Shown here one piece after another: positions 11,803 to 24,762 of a stretch of DNA of 64,000 bases. The DNA is from Octopus bimaculoides (taxonomy: Eukaryota). A program made the position numbers and the translations under genes. The notes under the pieces were generated by a model. That model was not told the DNA's origin. It made no database searches and worked only from the letters and a program-made list of their open reading frames with translations. Location of the stretch: assembly GCF_001194135.2 (NCBI RefSeq), contig NC_068989.1, forward strand, positions 73,166,981-73,230,980. Direction: 5' to 3'. Numbering within the stretch: the first letter of the stretch is position 1; every line of letters starts with the position of its first letter.

Positions 11803-14418
11803 TTGACAATTAACAAGAAGTGATGTAAAACCAGTGCATGTTTTTGCTATTGGCATAATGACCCATCCTGAGACACAGCAAAATCTGTTTCAATGCACAA
11901 GTTCATATCAAGAATGTTGCAAACCAAATACAAACATTTTTAATTATTTTCTTACTTTAAAAATATTAGTTTTCAATCATTTAAATGCTTATTTAGCTCT
12001 CTGTGCTTAAGATTTAGTGCAAAAAAAAAAAACAACAAAAAAAAAACTCACAAAAACATAAGGATTACCAAACAAAAAAGACAAACACATCCTTTTTCTC
12101 CATCAAACTTCTTTATCACTCATAGCCCCATTCTCACAAGAAACATTTCCTTTTAAAAAGAAATTGAATTTATGAAGAAATATTTGTGTTGCAGTGCATG
12201 GAAGCTGTGTGTGTTTAGGGAGTTATTTCAAGTGAATACACTTTATTCTTAACCTTAATTTACCAAATGACATTTTTTTTCTTTTTTATCAGGCATATTC
12301 AAAATGTTTGTAAAAAACCACAAAAGAAAAGGTAAAAAATGAGGTTTTAAATGAGTAATAAATATATTTGAATAAAATAAACGGAAAACAAAAGAAAAAC
12401 CAAGAAAAAAATTATAATTTTAATTTAAAATAAAAAAAATTAAAACAAATATAAGCTTAAATTAGGGATTTTATCCAATAACACATAAAGCCATAATTAA
12501 ACTTAATATAAGAACAAATTAATTGAACCAATCAAGGAGCCTCCTGATGTCTGTTTGTCAAATTTCCTTCAATCTGTTTTCAAGATGGCAACTATATTTT
12601 TAAGATACCTGCATTCTAGGACAGTGAGCCTACTGTAAGGACAAGAGATGACCACAGCTAAGAACAGCACTCAAAGCCCTGTATGAATGAGGTATTGGAT
12701 TTGTGGCTTGCTTGTGTGTTCAATAAACTACTTCCTCTTTATGAGCCAATGATAGAGCCTCTGTGCAGTGGCTGACTTGCCAGAAATAGCAGCCAGCAAC
12801 TAAGGTTCCTACAAATCAAAACTATTATACCTTTTTAATACCTATTGCTCGAGATTATCCCTAGTGTTACAACACAAACTTTCTGTCTTAAAGTAATCAA
12901 AACTTAAACCACCCAACGAAATTTCAGACTAATTTCAGTTCGAAACACCAGTTAAATAATTACAAAATCATTTTAATTGATTCTTTATTATTTTCAAACT
13001 TAATTGTAACAAAGGCAGTGTATTTCAGCAAGAATATGGTAAAAAATCCCTAAAGGATTAAATAAGGATTCATTAGATAATGTAGCCCTACTTTTTGTTT
13101 ATTTCGATTCCATGCAGCCAGAGCACATGGACTACCCTTTTAATGGTTCCGGAACATATTGGTTCTTCTATAAGAGGTGATCTCTAGGCCCCCTCAATCA
13201 AATGTTCAATTTTTGGAGAAAGGGACACTGTCTGTAGTATCCTACAACCCTTCTCACAGTGCAAATAACCATTTTGAAAAGAGAGAGAAAGACAGAAGAA
13301 CTCCCTGTATTTGACTATTCCTGCATTTATCAATATCCAAGGACAAAGTTGGTTTTGGCGGGATTTAAAATCAGAGACTTGGAATAAATGTCACACGATG
13401 GAGTGATGTTCACAGCTGGAATGCTGTTGATCATAGATCTCCTCAATCAGGATTGACTTAGGGAAAAACAGTTATTTCTATTCATGACAGGTTTTGCTTA
13501 AGTAGGACTGAAGTTGAGTAGCTCAACAAATGGAAAAGTAGAAGGATGGAATTTATTTTATAAGTAGGGGAAAATGAGAATTTGTTAACAATGGCTAGCG
13601 TGTCTCTTGTATTGTGCTGTATTGCATGTGTGTTTGTGCACGCGTGCATGCGCAAATTTCAAACCTTGCTACTTGTTGAATAGCACAATAACCACAGCAG
13701 AAGTAAAAAGCGAACAAACTGAACACAACAAAGGTAAACAACACGACAAGCAATACACCAACATTTCAAGTACTAATAGCATTTAATAAGGTGTAAACTA
13801 GTTATCTAATTCTTTTAATTAATTAGCTCTTTGACAGTGTGTTAATGAAGGCACAAAGCCTGAACTTGGTGATGGATATAGTTGAACATATCGACCCTAC
13901 CCCAAGCCACCCCAAAAGAAGAAATGACAAAGTTGACATCAGTGGAATTTGAACACAGTCTGTAGCTAAATACCACAAGACACTTTGACTATAAATCACT
14001 CCAGCCATTCTGCCAATCTATTGCCTTACTCAAGAAAGAAATATTAAAACAAAGATTTTCGTAAAACTCATTTTCCTTCTTTTAATATACATAATTAGCT
14101 TAATTCCAAATACAAAAATAGAATATAATTAGCTGAATTCTTGTTTCTCTCTAAAAAAAAAAAAAAACTGACTGTATTTAGAAGAGAGGGATGAGCTCTG
14201 CAAGGTTTAAAATGCCCAAGACACACTGCATATCATGACAGTGCCCCTACGGTTTCTCCAGGAGAGATCAAGAAAGGAAGGACATATATATATAATTAAT
14301 TCAATAATGGGATAAAGTCTTTTATAAGAATTTATCAAGTAGCTAGCATGAAAAAACCTCATAAGGGAAAAATCCATCATTTATTCCCCATAATATATTT
14401 ATTTATATAAGGGCATGC

Positions 14419-14469
<51 letters not shown>

Positions 14470-15231
14470 GAACTTAATGTCTTTACTTTCCCTCTCATTC
14501 TCACCCCTAAAGGTTTGAAAAGCCATCTCTACGAATATATTACGGTCTGTATGAAAAGGCCCTGGTAGCAATAAACTGAGGGAATCATCAAAGAAGTGGA
14601 AAAAATGCTTTACGGTATTTAGCTACATCTATTTACAATCTGGGTTCAAATCCTGTCGTGGTTACCTTCAGAGGAAGAGGTGGGAGGAATTAAAATAAAG
14701 TCCCCAGTCAAGCACAGGGGTAGATTTAATCACAAAATTTCTATCCTTGTATCTATATAAGAAATTATTATTTTTATTAGGGTGGTGAACTGGTAAAAAT
14801 ACTTAGTAGCATCTCTTTGTTCTTTGTTTCGAGTTCAAATTTCATTGTGGTCAACTTTGCCGTTCATGCTTTCCAGGTCAGTAAAACAAAGTAACAGCCA
14901 AGTACTGGGGTCAATGTAATCAACTAACCCCTTCCCACAGAAAAATATTGGTCTTGACCCAAAATTTGAAACCATTATTACTATTATTATTATTTAATTT
15001 ATTAAGTACCCATCTTATTTTGTTGAACAAAATTTCAGAGACCATTAACTCAATGTACAGTGTTCCCACAAAGAAACCAAGACAATCAGAAAATTATGCA
15101 ATTAAATTAGTTATACAAATAAGAATTTTATGCATTTATGGAAGAATAATATCACTGAAAACAATTTTTAAAAAAAACCCCAAAAACAAAAACAAACACA
15201 TGAATACCAAAATATACCATCCATTCTTTAA

Positions 15232-15430
15232 CCCATTAGCCTATCCACCTCAAATATTCTTTTCATGTTCAAACTGGCCAGAGCCTGTTTCTCACACCTA
15301 CCCTATATCATTGTAAAAATAAACAATCACATCATTGAAATTTCAAATCTACAAGATAATGCATGATTAATTCAAAACAAAGGGAATAAATAAGAATTAC
15401 ATTTGACAGAGCAACCTGAATGCTTAAGGG
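15232..15430 (+). mobile_element. piggyBac-like MITE (family P2)
   Basis: TTAA|cccattagc ... tgcttaaggg|ctaa; same body as 19008-19228, 38890-39278, 58817-59038 and the split copy 61423-62280. Confidence 0.75.
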
Positions 15431-17117
15431 CTAAATCAAGTGTTCTTGCGCCTGAAATATAAATCCTTATTATTGTATTGTCAGTCTTCCAGAAATAATA
15501 AATATCTAGTTTTATTGTATTTAACTTTGTTCCTCTTATGTTGTGAGTTCAAGATCCACCAAAGTTGATATATACTTTGGTGACTGATGGGGAGTTTATA
15601 GAATACAAATCTAATATTTTTATAAGTATCAGTTCTATTGACTATACTCCTACTTCACAATTATTACTGTTGTTGCACAGAATCAAAGGAAATCCTCAGC
15701 AATTTTGTTGAAAGGTGGGTGAATGTAGCAAGAATGGTCCAAGTGAACGGGCCTATTCTAAACATGCACTTGTAGACATGTAGAGAGGGCACCTGCCCTA
15801 GTGGTCAGGGCCTCTGTGGTCTTGTGGGGTTTCCACAAGCAGCCCTAAGCAATCTCCCTCTTCTGGGGAATTATTTGTTAAAATTTATATTTTTCTAATT
15901 TTTTACTTTTTACATGTGTTTTATGTAACCCCAAATTATCTTGTCCTGTACTGTCCCCAATGTTTTTTGAATTCTAGTATATAGCAGTGCTTTTCATGTA
16001 GTACCAATGTATTTGGCTGGAATTTATATGACTTGATGAAAGGACTAAATGCTACAACTAACAAAACTTGCTCTAACCAACCTTTTAATCTAAAGCTGAT
16101 CTGGTATTATGTCTCCAGGAAGGACGTTTTCTAAAACTCTTTGTATCTGTAACTTCACTGTCTGAATAGTAATAATTTCAAATTTTGGGCACAAAACCAG
16201 CAAATTTTGAAAGGAGGGTTAAGTTGATTATATTGGGGCCTAGGACTTGACTGGTATTTTATTTTGTTAACCATGAAACGATGAAAGACTAAATCAGCCT
16301 CAGCAAAGGTTTGAATTCAAAACAGAAAGAGGTGGAGGAAATGCTAAGCATTTTACCCAATGCATTAACAATTCTGCCAGTTTGCTGTCTTAATAATAAT
16401 AATCCTTTCTACTATAGGCACACAAGGCCTGAAATCCAGGAGGAGGGGACTAGTCGACCACATTGTCCCCAGTGTTTCACTGGTGCTTCATTTATCAACC
16501 CTGAAAGGATGAAAAGCAAAGTTGACCTCAGCAGAATTTGAACTCAGAATGTAAAGACAGGTGAAATACTGCAAAGCATTTCATTCAGTGTACTAACGAT
16601 TCTGCCAGCTCGCCGCCTTAAGAATAGTAATAATATTGGTTTCAAATTTTGGCACAAAGCCAGTAACTTTAAGAGGAAAGTCAATTAAACTGGTCCCATT
16701 GTTGAACTGGTATTTATATTTTATTGATCCCGCTAGGCAAAGTTAACCCTAGAGGGACAAAGAGAAATGTAATAGAATACCAGAAGTCATCTTGTTTCAC
16801 ACTATATAATTTCTGCCAATCCATCATCCTAATAATAATAATAGCTTCAAATTTTGACACAAAACCAGCAATTTTGCAGGAGGGTCTAGCCAATTACATC
16901 CCACCCCCCAGTGCTTAACAGTACTTATTTTACTGACCCAGAAAGGATGAAAGGTAAAAACAGACCTAGGTGGAATTTGAACTTAGAATGTGAAGACAGC
17001 ATTTGCCCAGTGTGCTAACAGTTCTGCCAGCTCACAATAAAAAGTTGACATCAGCAAGATTTGCATTTGCAACACAAAGGACAATAGCTAAATACTAAAA
17101 AAAAAAAAAAAAAAAAN

Positions 17118-17694
17118 NNNNNNNNNNNNNNNNNNNNNNNNNNNNNNNNNNNNNNNNNNNNNNNNNNNNNNNNNNNNNNNNNNNNNNNNNNNNNNNNNNN
17201 NNNNNNNNNNNNNNNNNNNNNNNNNNNNNNNNNNNNNNNNNNNNNNNNNNNNNNNNNNNNNNNNNNNNNNNNNNNNNNNNNNNNNNNNNNNNNNNNNNNN
17301 NNNNNNNNNNNNNNNNNNNNNNNNNNNNNNNNNNNNNNNNNNNNNNNNNNNNNNNNNNNNNNNNNNNNNNNNNNNNNNNNNNNNNNNNNNNNNNNNNNNN
17401 NNNNNNNNNNNNNNNNNNNNNNNNNNNNNNNNNNNNNNNNNNNNNNNNNNNNNNNNNNNNNNNNNNNNNNNNNNNNNNNNNNNNNNNNNNNNNNNNNNNN
17501 NNNNNNNNNNNNNNNNNNNNNNNNNNNNNNNNNNNNNNNNNNNNNNNNNNNNNNNNNNNNNNNNNNNNNNNNNNNNNNNNNNNNNNNNNNNNNNNNNNNN
17601 NNNNNNNNNNNNNNNNNNNNNNNNNNNNNNNNNNNNNNNNNNNNNNNNNNNNNNNNNNNNNNNNNNNNNNNNNNNNNNNNNNNNNNNNNNNNNN
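17118..17694. other. Assembly gap (N-run)
   Basis: Flanked by poly-A and (TA)n. Other gaps: 23304-23446, 34046-34071, 43106-43771, 49759-50013, 56628-57015, 62995-63111, nearly all bordered by microsatellites. Confidence 1.
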
Positions 17695-18097
17695 TATATA
17701 TATATATATATATATTTTGCTTGAGGGTTGGTTGTTTGTTTTTTTTTTTCCGTTTTTCATTCTTTCTGTTTCTGTTATTTGTTAATTCCTTTTCTTATCA
17801 TCAATTGACCATTCGAAATTAAAAAAAAAAAAAGAGAAGCAGGGACAGAAATAGGAGAGTGTAGGTACATATTAAACTTCTTGTTGTTGTTGTTGAGGAG
17901 TGGGATGGATGGGAGTATAAGAAGTGTCATTCAACAAGGCAATAATAGTATCCCAGGATGTATGTGTATATGTATGTATATTGTGTGCATGCGTGAGTGT
18001 ATATATATGTATTCGTCCAACCCATGCTAGCATGGAAATCCGGATGTAAAACAAATGAACGAATGTGTATGTGTGAGTGTATGTATGTATGTGTATC

Positions 18098-18131
<34 letters not shown>

Positions 18132-18265
18132 TACACACACAAAATATGCTAATTCCCCAAAAAAGAAAAAAGCAATTTATATATTTACTATGATTATTAC
18201 TGTCTTGTTTATTATTTTTCATTTACTTTTTAAATGTTTAGAAACTGATGTGATTTCCCAGTTCT

Positions 18266-18304
<39 letters not shown>

Positions 18305-19007
18305 AGAAAGAGAAAGAGAGAGGGAAAAAAGAGAAAGATAGAGAGAGATTAGTGGGTTTACACTTTGGCTATGTTGCATGTAAATCCATTTTGCCATGCA
18401 AAATACTATTACAGTCAGAGAATCTGAAGGTGAGTGATGGTTAGAATGGTAAAAGAAAAAAAAAAAAAAAAAAAAAAGATATACCCCCTACCCCTCACCT
18501 CGATCTATCTCTGTCTTTTTTCCTTTTCTTTTAGAAGCAGTTTCCATGCAAATTTGAAGATTCACATTAATAAATCATCATTGTATAAAATATTGAAGTG
18601 GTGAATTGGCAGAGTCATTAGGAGAGTTGGATAGCATGCCTCATTGTATTTGTTCTGAGTCTTTATGCTGCGAGTTCAAATCCCTGTTGAGACCAACTTT
18701 ACCTTTCGTCCTTTTGAAGGGGGAGATTCATTAAGAAAATGTTAGTGTCAATGAATGAGATCTCCGGTGGTATCTGTTTCATTTATAAGGGTTCCAAGTT
18801 CAAATTCCGCCTAAGGATTAAAATTCTTACCAGTAACCATGGGACCTCAACAGATTACGAAACCTGCAAATGGTTGATGAGGCTGTGGCTACCCGCTACT
18901 ACAGACAAATGATGACGATGATGATGATATCTAGAGCTACGTTTTTTTGTTTTTTTTTGCCTCATGTGAGCGACAATGTTCCAAATACAAAATAATAGAA
19001 TGATTAA

Positions 19008-19228
19008 CCCATTAGCATCTAGATTTTTCTGTCAAATGTAATTCATATTCATTCACATTGTTCTGAATTAATCATGCATTGTCTTTGTAGATTTGAGATT
19101 TCAATGATGTGATTATTTACTCTGAGAATGACATTGTAGGGTAGGTGTGAGAAGCTGGATCTGGCCAGTTTGAACACAGAAGAGGTAGAACATTTGGGCT
19201 GGCTATGGCTGGTTTAAATGTTAAAGGG
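19008..19228 (-). mobile_element. piggyBac-like MITE (family P2)
   Basis: TTAA|cccattagcat ... atgttaaaggg|ataa; body is the reverse complement of 15232-15430. Confidence 0.75.
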
Positions 19229-22200
19229 ATAAGAATTGTAAGAATGGTTTCTAACATGAGCATACGAACACAGATTTTGGTGGTGAGGAGGAACAGAGAG
19301 GGGAGGGGGTATAGTAGATGAAATAAATTTTACCAATACTTAATTGGTAACTTACTCAACTCAATCTACATCTACCCACCCACGAAAGATGAAGGGAAAA
19401 GTCAACCTCGGTAAGATTTGAAGCCAGAAAGTAACTGAATGTTGCAAAGCATTTTCTCTGTCACTAACCATCCTATTCAGAATAATAATTTTTCTAATGT
19501 AGGCACAAAGCAAAAAATGAGAGAAAACAGGAAGTTAGTTGATTAAATCAATCCCCAGTAACTGTCACCTGGAGAGATAAAATATAAAGCTAAACACAGC
19601 AGGATTTGAACCCAGAATCTAAAGAGCCTGAACAAATACTGAAAAGCATTTGGTCTGATGCTCTAACATTTCTACCCTAAATATAATAGTAATTGTTTTT
19701 TTTAAACACAGGTATAAGCTTAAAGTGTCTTAGACCCAATGCAACACCAGATGTTGAGAAGAAAACGCAAACCTTCAAGTTGGTTATCTGGTGCCAATCG
19801 TTAAACCCGTGTCTTATTTTACACCAAGTACAAAAATTGTAACACAATTCTATTAAAGTTACTTGATAACCTTGCTACAAAAGAAATTACCCAAGATAAA
19901 ATGGACAAACAAATAACTGTCTGTTAGTTTCAAATACACCATCCAGTTTTTATATATCCAGATCCAAAGATCAAATATATTCACTGATGATGTCATACAT
20001 AGACCAAGAATCCAGGTTTTGTACCCAGCTTAGGATGCAAAGAACCAGAAGAAATAATGCAACCTACCAAACTACAGTTACATCAATGTGGTTGTGTGTG
20101 TATATACACACAGAATGCAATCAAAATCTTAAGCCCTATACTATTAATATTCTGTTTTACTGATATTATGTGCCATGAACCCCAGGACCTTGTGCACTTG
20201 CTACTACAATTAACAAAAATTTATTTCGTTTTTATCAACTCTGGAGAGATGAAAAGCAAAGTTGGCCTTGTTGGAATTTGAACTCAGAATGTAAAAGGCT
20301 GGAAAGAAATACTATACAACATCTCTTCTGCCTATCCACTGTCTTCCTTATCTATACATTGTAAAAAAAAACATTTCTAAAATTGTACACAACCCAGATA
20401 GTGAAAAAACAGGTTTCTTTGTTTTTGTCTCTTATCTATCATTTTTATTACATATTTACTTATATATATATGTTTATTGAATTTGAAAAAGGAACTAAAT
20501 CTTTCTCTTTATGTATATTTAATAGGTGGTTTTCATACCACACAACTTACTGAATCAATCCATAATGCTACAAGCATTTACCGAAATAATATTCTAACAT
20601 TTTACGTATCCAAACTATCTGAACTGGATCAAGTTAGAAAAGTTATTTCATTTTCAAAAAAATATCGCTGAGCCTAAGAGGAAACAATGTCTCAAACCAA
20701 GTGAGCAGCCCCTCAGACCAAATACAAAGCAAAAGTCTGACACTTGGATTAAACTTTCAACTTAGCTGATAACAACAGAGGCCTTGGATTAGTAATAGTT
20801 GTCACTTTATAGCTAAAAATAGTCAGTGATAGTGATGTCAGTATTTAAGGACTGGCTAAATCACTGAAATGCACTGAAAGACAAAACCCTGCAGAAATGA
20901 AAATAAAATATAATAAATACTGAAAAATTACTACAAGTATGGATTCCTCAAAGTAAATTAAGTTACAAAAAATAAAAAATCAATTAAAAATGAAGAGATT
21001 GACCAGAAACAACAAATAAAAATTTTAAAAAGAAGAAAGGTTTTAAAAACACACATAACATACAATCTCATAAGAGAAATGAAGCAAGTAAGTTTTCTTA
21101 GATTTACATAATGCTACCACTAACAACTAAAGCTCATAACAATCAAAGAACTAAATATATCTAACAACAAACAAATAAACAATAAAAAAAATCAGAAAAA
21201 GAACTAATTTACTAATAAGATGAAACAATTGATGATGCACATGGAAAAGAATTATTTCATCAGAAAGAAACGGATCCTTGAGAGCACAGCTGTCGCACAC
21301 CATTCCACCTACGTTTCTACAAATTTGACCCTAGATCCGCATAAGAAAGAAATTAAAGACCAAGTAATAGAGAAAGATAGAATTGTTAGATTCTGAAAAT
21401 AAACCACAAATAGTTTATTGGAAACCCCCAATTGATAATAGTTGGTAGTGTTAATACCAAACAACCAAAATAACCAGTGTAGATATCAACCAGCTGTACA
21501 GAGACACAAATATTTCATTTGTATTTAAGTTTACAGCCTGTCTCAGTAGAGAAGAGTATATATAATTTCTATATCACAAAAATTGAAACTTGATCAAAAA
21601 AGGCTGCCTGTATACAAAGCACATAATTCTATAGCTGCTTACAGAAGCCAGATGATGGCTGAGGACTTCGTCAGCCCAAACTGTAGCTATATCATCTTAA
21701 GCAAAGGATGCTTAGATCCTAAGCATTAATTCCTGTAGCACTCCATGTATATTCCATGTTATTTAGAACAGGTGTCTTGCATTGAATAACGGGTGACCAA
21801 AACGCTTGGCACCAGGAAGGGAATCTGACCATAAAAAATGACATCAAAAAGTCCTGACCAATTCATAGCAGCATGAGAAAGAGTATGTAAAATGATAATA
21901 AAATATTCCTTTAGCTTCACTACTTCCATCTAACAAAGAATAACGAGATGCTTATTTATATTTTGATTTATAATCATCTTTAAATATACCAGGAAATAAA
22001 GCAGAGAGACAAGATAAAGATATATACATATTTTTGAATTTGAATGTGTGTATGTATCTATGCAATCTGCCAATGGGTTAGTTGGCCAAAATTTCTAAGT
22101 CACTGTCAACAACATTCTTGGTTAAAGAATATTAAATTTACATTCTACAAAAGTATAGACTAACCCATCAGATTAATGAAGAATTGTTTTTATTAGGTCT

Positions 22201-23019
22201 GAACATAAAAACAAACATTAATATTATATACACACACACATACATTCTAATCTATATATCTTTCCTATCAATAGATGTTACAAATGCAACTGCTTGCCCA
22301 ACGGGTTAGATACACAGGAGAACACCAAACTAATGTGAATAACAACAGGCATATCTTCAAACCTAATAATATCCTAGCTTAGAAAAGAAAAAGGTAAACA
22401 GATACTACTTTCCTCTCTCCCTATCTCTTTAGCCCTTCTCTCTCAAGTGCTCATACATACTCACTCGCACACTCACAAGTACTCTAACAAACACATCTTT
22501 TGAAGTATGATACCAATTGTTCATTTACCATTTTCTGTATGTTAAAAGGAAACTGAGTGCAAAATGAAGTTATGTAATATAAGAAACATCCAAAAGTTTA
22601 AGAAAAAAAAAATTTCAAAAGGAAAAAATATGGAAGGAAAAATTAATAGTTTTATTAATTGAAATAACTCATTAAAGAAATCATTATTGAAATAACTCCC
22701 AAAACAATATACATGAGTGTGTGTGTGTGTGTGTGTGTGTATGTTAGCAAGTATATGTTTAAGTATGTGTGTGTGTGCATATACATATATACATGGAGAT
22801 ATAGATGCATATATATGTACATATACATACGTATAGACACACACATGTACATATTTTATATGTGTTGTTTCTTTTTCTTTTTGGTAGATGTTCAGGTTTG
22901 CAGTTTTGTTAATTAGTGCAAATATTAATTGGACCTTGTTTGTTAATGTTATTTATATTAATAGTTATCGTTTTGTTCTTTTCATTAGCAATTTTTTAAG
23001 TATGTGAGTTTATACGTAA

Positions 23020-23067
<48 letters not shown>

Positions 23068-23446
23068 CATATATTCATAGATATATGCATCACATATTAC
23101 ATATATTCATATGATATATGTTTATATCATATGTTTTATATTATATATATATAAACAGATGCAAACACAAATATATGCACATACAAGCCAGGGAGACAAA
23201 AAAAAGACAAACACACACAAACGAGAGCAAACTATAAACAAGCTTGCATACATAACTGAATGCGGACACCCATACAGACACAAAATAAACTTCTCTCCCT
23301 CACNNNNNNNNNNNNNNNNNNNNNNNNNNNNNNNNNNNNNNNNNNNNNNNNNNNNNNNNNNNNNNNNNNNNNNNNNNNNNNNNNNNNNNNNNNNNNNNNN
23401 NNNNNNNNNNNNNNNNNNNNNNNNNNNNNNNNNNNNNNNNNNNNNN

Positions 23447-23488
<42 letters not shown>

Positions 23489-24050
23489 GTCAGTGGCAAT
23501 GGATCTCTGTCAGCTTCAATGAAGAAGACTCAGTTGTTTGACTAACCAAACTACCTACTCAATGAATTAGCATGTATATGGCTGAGTATTCCGCAGGCAT
23601 CATGCAAGCCCTTGACCATAATCCTCAGGCAGAATCAGTATAACAGAGGGTGACACGGTCAGACATTTGGATTACAGGCACAATCGATCTGACAGGATTC
23701 CACACAGTTTCCGCCTACCCAATATTTACTTGCAAGCCTTTGGCCGACTCGAGACTGTGGTATGAGAATAACAGACATTTGCCTTGGATGCAATATGATA
23801 GGGTTGAACCCGGTAAATCATGGTACATACATACGCATGCATATATATATATATATACATCAGGCACTAATCAGTCGGAAAGAAGCAATAAGTTGCAGAA
23901 AGGGCATAGACTAAAACGTAATATGGAAAACTATGAGCTTCTTTCATCAATATCTGAAAGTCTATATTCTACTTTTCATACAGATCTTGCAACTACTCCA
24001 AAAATGGTAATGCCACCAAAAGAAAAAAAAAACAAACAAAACAGTCATGC

Positions 24051-24089
<39 letters not shown>

Positions 24090-24268
24090 AGAAAGAGAGA
24101 GAAAGAGAGAGAAAGAGAGAGACTATGACTAAGTTACTTTTCTTCATATTGAAGATTATTTTCTAAGTTTCAGTTTAACAGCATCTATTTCAAAACCAGA
24201 GGTAGAAACATCCAGATTCAGCTACAACATTCGAAACATTGGTTTGATGTATGAAAAATTAAACAAAT

Positions 24269-24274
24269 TTTATT
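24269..24274 (-). other. Candidate RER1 polyadenylation signal (AATAAA)
   Basis: AATAAA on the minus strand ~400 nt past the stop, followed by T-rich sequence. AATAAA is common in AT-rich DNA. Confidence 0.3.
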
Positions 24275-24672
24275 GATAATAAACGTTTAAATAGTACTTA
24301 ATTTAGTTTTTACTTTATATGTTAAGTGAATAGGGTTTGGACATGAAATGGGAAAGGAAGAGTTAAAAAGAGAGGGGGAAGGCAGCAAGACCTGGTAGAT
24401 CACCTTATCGCCCATCAACTGTCACCGTTAGCATTTTCCTGTTCACCATAAACTATGAAGAAAGGGGGGAGAGAGGAAGGGGAGACAATATCAACTAGGA
24501 CAGATTTTTATATACACACACACACACGTTCATACATGCACACACACATTTATGTATGAACTATAAAATACGCACACACACACATACATAGAAAGATAGA
24601 CAGATACATATATACATACATACATACATACACACACATGCACCCCACACTTATTAGTAGTAGGTAGGAAGG

Positions 24673-24762
24673 CTATGAAGATATGACCTTTCCTGAGTCT
24701 TCCTTCCCCTTATATACAGCCTTGCCATGTGTGAATGGGATGTACTTATACTTGATCATGTG
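24673..24762 (-). CDS. RER1: RER1 last coding exon (90 nt including TAG)
   Basis: ttttttttcag|cac atg atc aag...tca tag; [29 protein letters not shown]. Confidence 0.97.
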   Translation of the reverse strand, partial: HMIKYKYIPFTHGKAVYKGKEDSGKVISS

